Of a stretch of DNA of 51,963 nucleotides, positions 1 to 51,963 are shown in pieces; within the stretch, counting starts at the first letter, position 1; every line of letters begins with the position of its first letter. The position numbers were made by a program, and so were the translations under genes. This DNA is from Octopus bimaculoides (lineage: Eukaryota), in assembly GCF_001194135.2 (NCBI RefSeq), contig NC_068997.1:50748359-50800321 (forward strand), read 5' to 3'. Below the pieces are notes generated by a model that worked only from the letters and a program-made list of their open reading frames with translations, made no database searches and was not told where the DNA came from.

Positions 1-132
1 AATCCTGCCAAGGTTGAATTTGCCTTTCATTGTTTCAGGGCTAATAAAATGAAGTACCAGTCAAGTACTGGGGTCGATGTAATTGGCTCCCCCACCCCAT
101 CAAAATTGCTGGCCTTGTACCAAAATTACCCC

Positions 133-179
<47 letters not shown>

Positions 180-367
180 GCTTCTACCACTGCTGCTGCT
201 GCTACACATAAATATGAGTGGTTTCAAAATAGGAGCTTTTGAATTATAGAACCAGCAGCAGCAGCAGTCACAATAAAATTGGTACCAAAATAGCTCAATA
301 ATTTATTTTTGGAATATAAGCATGAAATTCTAAAAAAAATGTTTTCAAGAAAATAAATAAAACCTAC

Positions 368-44882
<44,515 letters not shown>

Positions 44883-45419
44883 CTGCAAAAAATATTAAAA
44901 AATTAAGAACATAAATAGAGTGAAGAATTAAATTTTCCATTTATTTTTGGTAATATTCAATTTTTATAGAAGTAAATGCTGAATGGATAAAATCTATTGT
45001 GTTATTAATTACCGTATTTTAACGTGTATAAGTAACCCTTTTTTTGTCAAGAATTAGGTTAAAAAAATATGGGAGTTTCTTACACATGGATAGTATTATA
45101 ATATATATAAATCCAAAAAAATGAAACAAGAACATAACGGACAACAATGAAAACATACGGACAGATGGACAATACAAAGATGGACAGGAAAACAAGGACG
45201 GGACATTTGTGGCTTTCTATTCATCAGTCAAGTTTCCAATTATCACTACAGTTTTGGCCTGTTACACTTGAGACTATTCAAAATTGGTAGGCCCCAAAAA
45301 TCTAAGCTAAGGGGCATTAAATTTTAGGAAGAAAATGAGCGAATATGTGTGAGAACACGGACAAAAATATGAGAAAATGGAGAAAAATGTTACACGATTA
45401 CAAATGCAGACAACAAGAA

Positions 45420-45665
45420 TAACCAGGCTCCAGTTTGATCTGGCAATGTTTCTACAGCTGGATGCCCTTCCTGACGCCAACCATCCCGAGAGTGTAGTTG
45501 GTGCTTTTTACGTGCCACCAGCACGGGAGTCATTCAAGCAGGCCTGGCATCGACCACGTTCAGATAGTGCCTTTTATGTGCCACTGCCACGGGGGCCAGT
45601 CAGGGGGTACTGGCATCGGCCACGTTTAGATGGTGTTTTTCATGTGCCACGAACACAAGAACCAG
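45420..45665 (-). mobile_element. Family C-related older copy (others at about 46990-47360 -, 35120-35300 +, and short tails at 10935-10995 +, 11288-11400 -, 18745-18790 -)
   Basis: TTTCTACAGCTGGATGCCCTTCCTGACGCCAACC plus three GTGCTTTT(T)ACGTGCCAC-type sub-repeats. Confidence 0.75.
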
Positions 45666-46159
45666 TCAGCGGGGTAAGGTTATATTAAATCTCTGAGTGG
45701 GATGTAATCAGTAGCAATACGGAATCGTAACATATAATTGCCAACCAAGTGTGGCATATATGCATACACAATTACTTATACTACATTATACATACATATA
45801 TATATACACACACACATATATATATAGACATACATACACATATAAAACAATGTAGGTAGCTACACACAATGTAAAACCAAAATGAAAATTTCAATCATCA
45901 CTGACAGTTGAAATACACCTATGTGTGTATATTTATCTATAGCTATATATATGTATATATATATATATACACTACACACACACAGAGCTTACATGCACAA
46001 AATTACACATACAGATGCACACATACACACATACATACACACGTGTATATGCATAGACACACCTTTTATCATCTCATACTACATACAATAGCATCTACTT
46101 CAGGTTAATATTTCACTTTTCACCATCACCACCACCACCACCACCAACAACACCACCAC

Positions 46160-46199
<40 letters not shown>

Positions 46200-47359
46200 T
46201 CCATTGCTCCCCCCTCCTTCTGCAATTTATATGTCATCATATACATTTCCTGACAATCATACACCTTAATAGCTGCTGCAGCTGTTATTGGGGGTGGGNN
46301 NNNNNNNNNNNNNNNNNNNNNNNNNNNNNNNNNNNNNNNNNNNNNNNNNNNNNNNNNNNNNNNNNNNNNNNNNNNNNNNNNTACTACTACTACTACTACT
46401 ACTACCACTACCACTACCAAAAAGCCACTACCACTTCCTCCTCCTCCTCATACTACTACCACTACTACTACTACTATTACTACTACCACCACCACCACCA
46501 CCACCACCAAAAAGCCACTACCACTGCCTCCTCCTCCTCCTTCTTCTACTACTATTACTACTACTACTACTACTACTACTACTACCGCTAATGCTATAAC
46601 CTTCTTCACCATCAAACTACCACCACCACCACCATCAAAACCATGACAAGCACTGCCCCAACCATCAACACTGTTGCCACTACTACGACTGTAACAACAA
46701 CAACAATGACAACAACACGAATATGGAAGTAAAATATCTATGTCATATTTGGAGCACATGTCGACTCCATAGGTTCATTAATCATTTAAAGTATTCCATA
46801 TTGGATTCCAGATTTATTTCAGATTGGCAGACTGGCACCGTTCCCCCTCCCACCGACACAGACATGCATGTGCATAGGCACATGTGTATTGCATTGCTGC
46901 AATTATAGGCAACAGTATCCCTCCAGGGCCTCAAGTTTCATACTACAAATGAGGTGTCCCACTGTAGCAATCATCTTATTAAAAGCAATTATCATCATCA
47001 TCATTTAACGTCTGTTGTCCATGTTGTCATGGATTGGACAGTTTGACTGGGCTGACATGGGTTGGACAGTTTGACCGGGCTGGCATGCTGGAAGGCTGCG
47101 CTAGGCTCCAGTCTGATTTGACATGGTTTTTCTATGGCTGGATGCCCTTCCTAACACCAACCACTCTGAGAGTGTAATGGGTGATTTTACGTGCCATTTG
47201 TGTTACATTGGTATCTGCCATGACTGCAATTTTGCTCAGCTTGATGGGTCTTCGTCTCAAGTACGATATAATGCCAAAGGTCTTGGTTATTGCCTCCGTG
47301 AGGCCCAACACTCGAATGGAACTCAGCCACCTCGCCTCTGTGGGGCCCAACACTCAAAA

Positions 47360-47672
47360 GGAACTTATTTTTTGTAAGCCTAGTACTTATTCTATCGGTC
47401 TCTTTTGCCAAACCGCTAAGTTACAGGGACGTAAACACACCAGCATCAATTGTCAAGCGATGTTAGGAAGACAAACACAGACACATAAACATACACACAC
47501 ACACATATATATGTGACGGGCTTCTTTCAGTTTCCGTCTACCATATCCACTCACAAGGCTTTGGCTGGCCCGAAGTTATAGTAGAAGACACTTGCCCAAG
47601 GTGCCACGCAGTGGGACTGAACCCGCAACCACGTGGTTCGTAAGCAAGCTACTTACCACACAGCCACTCCTA
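47360..47672 (-). mobile_element. SINE family A, 3'-truncated
   Basis: Head through TAGGCTTACAAAAAATAAG; abuts a family C element. Confidence 0.85.
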
Positions 47673-47759
47673 TGTCTATATATTAATTATTAATTTGCTG
47701 ATATGGCTTTACACTTGCGGCCACTAACGATATTATTTTTAGAAATAATATTGTTCTTA

Positions 47760-47853
<94 letters not shown>

Positions 47854-47978
47854 TATATATATATATACACACATATATACACATGATGATACGCACATTT
47901 ATACATACATTCACACAGACATTAGAAGTATATACTTGTAAACAGAGATAAATAGACAGATAAAACTTCATTGAAAAT

Positions 47979-48013
<35 letters not shown>

Positions 48014-48750
48014 TGTATTGGAGATGTATGGGAGAAGGAAGAAAAGAAATGAGTCATGTATATTTATTAGATGTGAAATATTATCCTAAACGGATGACGA
48101 AGCAGCAAAGGTGAGGTGTGAGAACGGTTTGCAATTAAAGGTATCAGGTGAGGGGCTGAGTGTATATATTTATACACACACACACAAACACACACATATA
48201 TATGTGGGAGCGAGCTGTATTGATAATACACATTATGTGAATGTATAACGTTAGGTAACAATGGCCCCATGTGCTATTAATGGTGTTGCTGTTTAGCGTC
48301 CCTCACCAGGTTGGTCATGTTTGGAGCAGTGGATCTTGTGTCAAAGGTGTTTCAGCTATGGCCACCATGTTGAGTTTGTGACGCAAGGACTACGTTGGTC
48401 GGTGTAATTTGTCCTTCTCCTCATCTCTTTTGTTATTCAATGTTGAAGGTGTAGTCTGAGGGAAACTGGCTGTTATATCTAGCATGTCAGTGGCCCTATT
48501 AGCTTGTGCTGTTTTAATGATTAATGGTTACTACTGACGAAGGAAGACTTCCCGCCTACCAACACACACATACATACACAAACATGTGATGATCTCTGAG
48601 GCTTAGGTTAGCCAGGGGCTAAAGTACAAGACAGCCACGTAAGGTGCCATGGTGTGGGATTGAACCGTAAACCATGAGGTTGAGAAGTAAACATCTAAGC
48701 CACACAGCCATACCTACACCAATACATACAACTACAATACACGCACACAC

Positions 48751-48793
<43 letters not shown>

Positions 48794-48794
48794 C

Positions 48795-48889
<95 letters not shown>

Positions 48890-50664
48890 TAGATAGATAT
48901 AGCTATGTATGTGTATATATATATATATATAGATAGATAGATACATATATTATGTATGTATACACACACATACCCACCACTGCAGACAATAAAAAGAAAT
49001 ATATTTACAACTATGACACACTGTTCAAAACATAAAAGAAAAACAGAGACAAAAACTAAAAACTAAAATAATAATAAAACTGACAACAAAACAACTGTAA
49101 TTTCAATAACAAATAAAAACAATAAAACTACAACTGAACACAATAAAACAAAACAAAACAATACAGTGGTACAAATACAATTGACAAACGAACTTTCTGT
49201 GTTAATTATAACCTTCTTAATGATAATTAAAATTATTCCATAGAAAATTGGCTTTGTATTAATTTATTCAGTAATTTTTATTATTACATTAATTCTATTG
49301 TTGCAAATGTTTCTATAATTATTTTTGAAATATAATCATATTCAGGTGTCATTAGAAAATCGTTAAAACGAAATCGTTGAATCATCATGTATCATTGTCT
49401 GTTATAAGGCATGTGTAATCAGCCGTGTGATTCGTACAGATTTAGGGGATTTGTGATGGAGCCGAGACAGACCAACATAACACTACCAGGTATTAGTACG
49501 TACATACATACAAACAAATGAGATTCTTTAGGTGAATAAAAGCACGCACCCAAGTGTGTGCATTGACAAAGGTGGCAAGTTGGCAGAAACGTTAGCACGC
49601 CGGGCGAAATGCTTAGCAGTATTTTGTTTGTCGCTATGTTCTGAGTTCAAATGCTAGCAAGATTTACTTTGCTTCTCACCCTTTTGGGGGTTGATCAAAT
49701 AAGTACCAAATAAGTACCCCCCTCACCTCAAAGAAATTTCAGGCCTTGTGTCTATAGTAGAAAGGATACTATGATATTTACTGCAAAATATTGCATAGAA
49801 TTAGGATGCCATACCATTTACTCCAAGATATTTATCATGTCCATCAGAAATAATTTTCATTTTTTAACATTTCTCCCCCCCCCGGCCGCCGCCGCCGTGA
49901 CTGCGATTACCATCATCATCATCATCATCATAGTCACCACTACCATTATGCGAACCGTTGTCGTCTCTGTGATTATCATCGCTACAGCCGATGCCACCTT
50001 GGCATTTTAGAACCTTTCCTAAAGCCGGAATGGGTTTGGACAGCTTTTCTTCGGAAGTGATTTTAATGCTTTAATGCCATTCTTGTCATGAACCCTTTTA
50101 GTCAATTCTTACAAAACACAAGAGACGTGTGTGTGTGTGTGNNNNNNNNNNNNNNNNNNNNNNNNNNNNNNNNNNNNNNNNNNNNNNNNNNNNNNNNNNN
50201 NNNNNNNNNNNNNNNNNNNNNNNNNNNNNNNNNNNNNNNNNNNNNNNNNNNNNNNNNNNNNNNNNNNNNNNNNNNNNNNNNNNNNNNNNNNNNNNNNNNN
50301 NNNNNNNNNNNNNNNNNNNNNNNNNNNNNNNNNNNNNNNNNNNNNNNNNNNNNNNNNNNNNNNNNNNNNNNNNNNNNNNNNNNNNNNNNNNNNNNNNNNN
50401 NNNNNNNNNNNNNNNNNNNNNNNNNNNNNNNNNNNNNNNNNNNNNNNNNNNNNNNNNNNNNNNNNNNNNNNNNNNNNNNNNNNNNNNNNNNNNNNNNNNN
50501 NNNNNNNNNNNNNNNNNNNNNNNNNNNNNNNNNNNNNNNNNNNNNNNNNNNNNNNNNNNNNNNNNNNNNNNNNNNNNNNNNNNNNNNNNNNNNNNNNNNN
50601 NNNNNNNNNNNNNNNNNNNNTTCATATATCTACATATATCAACATGTTTTTATTAAATGGTGAT

Positions 50665-50718
<54 letters not shown>

Positions 50719-51058
50719 ACACACATACAAATATATCTATATCTATATCTATCTATCTATATATATATATATTTACAAACACACAGACATTCACATACAC
50801 AGTATCAACAATAAAAATAACAATATAAACAACACACACACACAAACATACACAACACACAGAGATAAACACAGATAAACATACATCCACCCCATAAACT
50901 GGCTTTTAGTCAGTCATTAAGTACTAAAAACGCTTCTATTGACTCATAGCTTAGATAAAATTAAAGAGTGACTTATAAAAAAATAAAATGTCTATGTGTG
51001 TACGTGTGCTTATTGTAATTGGTTAGCTGAATCAGGATTTAGAGCCAAAATAGAAATA

Positions 51059-51094
<36 letters not shown>

Positions 51095-51200
51095 GGTGGT
51101 GGACATTGGTATCAGAAGGTGTTGACCTGAAGAATGGCAGAACCAATATGATCAAGACTTAACTTGTCTGGACTAGGGATACATACATACACATATTCAA

Positions 51201-51305
51201 GTGGAGGCACAATGGCCCAGTGGTTAGGGCAGTGGACTCAGGGTAGCAGGATCGCGGTTTCGATTCCCAGAGCGGGTGTTGAGCAAATACACCTAAAAGC
51301 TCAAC
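51201..51305 (+). mobile_element. tRNA-derived SINE head (not a functional tRNA)
   Basis: GGAGGCACAATGGCCCAGTGGTTAGGG...GGTTTCGATTCCC has A and B boxes but no closing acceptor stem. Confidence 0.6.
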
Positions 51306-51963
51306 GCACACACACACATATACACAGACATATATATTCCCATATAAACGTACACGTGTAACAACATAAATAATATCAAAAAATGTAAACAATGTCACTT
51401 TAGTTGTCTCCACCCATATGAGTTTACAGAAAACAACCAGTTTACACCTGATCTCTCTATGGCGCCAAGACATGGAAGTAAATGTAATATACAGCCAACA
51501 GTTTTAGGTGTATAACATACAAAAAAACCTGAAAATTTCCCACAAATTTATCTATATCATCTGTGTTTCTATTTTTCTATATATATATATTTATACACAC
51601 ACACACACATATCAAAGAGAGTATTTCTCCCAGCATTCACTATTTTCCTCTCGTTCTGGTCTAATGACCCACCATGTTTGTTTTCGTTCGGTTTCCTTGT
51701 ATGTCTCCATCCACTGTCCTGTTTTTGTTCCCAGCTTTGGCCCTCCATAAATCCTAAATCTTATTTTAGAATTTATGGAAGCAACTGTCTTTGAAGACTC
51801 ATATTGTCATTCGTATGCTTGAAATGAGGAGTAGATAGACAGCTGACAACTGATGAAGGGTCCTTTCTCTGTGTTTACTTGTCGTAACCCGTTTATGTAT
51901 TTCATGTTTGCACAGTTGGTGATGTCCTATACCCATATATGCATATATATATATTATTCATTA

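Noticed and set aside
45010-45100. TACCGTATTTTAACGTGTATAAG as a Tc2/pogo-like TIR
   Set aside because: No matching second TIR found; too short to call.
49860-50110. GC-richer stretch with a minus-strand open frame (...KPIPALGKVLKCQGGIG...DDDDD...GGGG) as a candidate N-terminal exon
   Set aside because: In-frame stops at both ends, no ATG and no good donor; partly trinucleotide repeat.
51201-51305. tRNA gene (also considered for the SINE heads at 22519, 8842 and 37226)
   Set aside because: A and B boxes are present but the cloverleaf is incomplete and continues into repeat bodies; these are SINE heads.
51835-51930. GACAACTGATGAAGGG..., and a similar CTGATGAATAGAAAG on the minus strand near 45205-45225
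   Set aside because: The first has no downstream GAAA and the second has no stem II. They may be remnants of other Penelope-like termini but a ribozyme is not supportable.

Overview
AT-rich, microsatellite-saturated animal genomic DNA with nine N-gaps, almost all abutting simple repeats. The SINE families suggest a cephalopod, probably Octopus (inference). The window is the body of one minus-strand gene, a RASGEF1-family Ras guanine-nucleotide exchange factor (RASGEF1A/B/C-like, REM + CDC25 domains). I assembled 15 GT-AG coding exons from 44882 down to 368; they total 1086 nt (362 aa) in one open frame with consistent intron phases. The N-terminal exon(s) and the C-terminal exons were not found (outside the window or in a gap). 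None of the long ORFs in the supplied track is a real gene; they are microsatellite or gap read-throughs. The introns hold at least four recurring SINE-like families, mariner, hAT and TTAA-type MITEs, and three R4/Dong-type LINE 3' ends. The most notable observations are: (1) an inverted pair of Penelope-type minimal hammerhead ribozyme motifs at 5472-5610; (2) retroelements that sit preferentially in microsatellites carried by other SINEs; (3) mix-and-match SINE heads and tails; (4) two unannotated exon-like cassettes, one a candidate poison exon.
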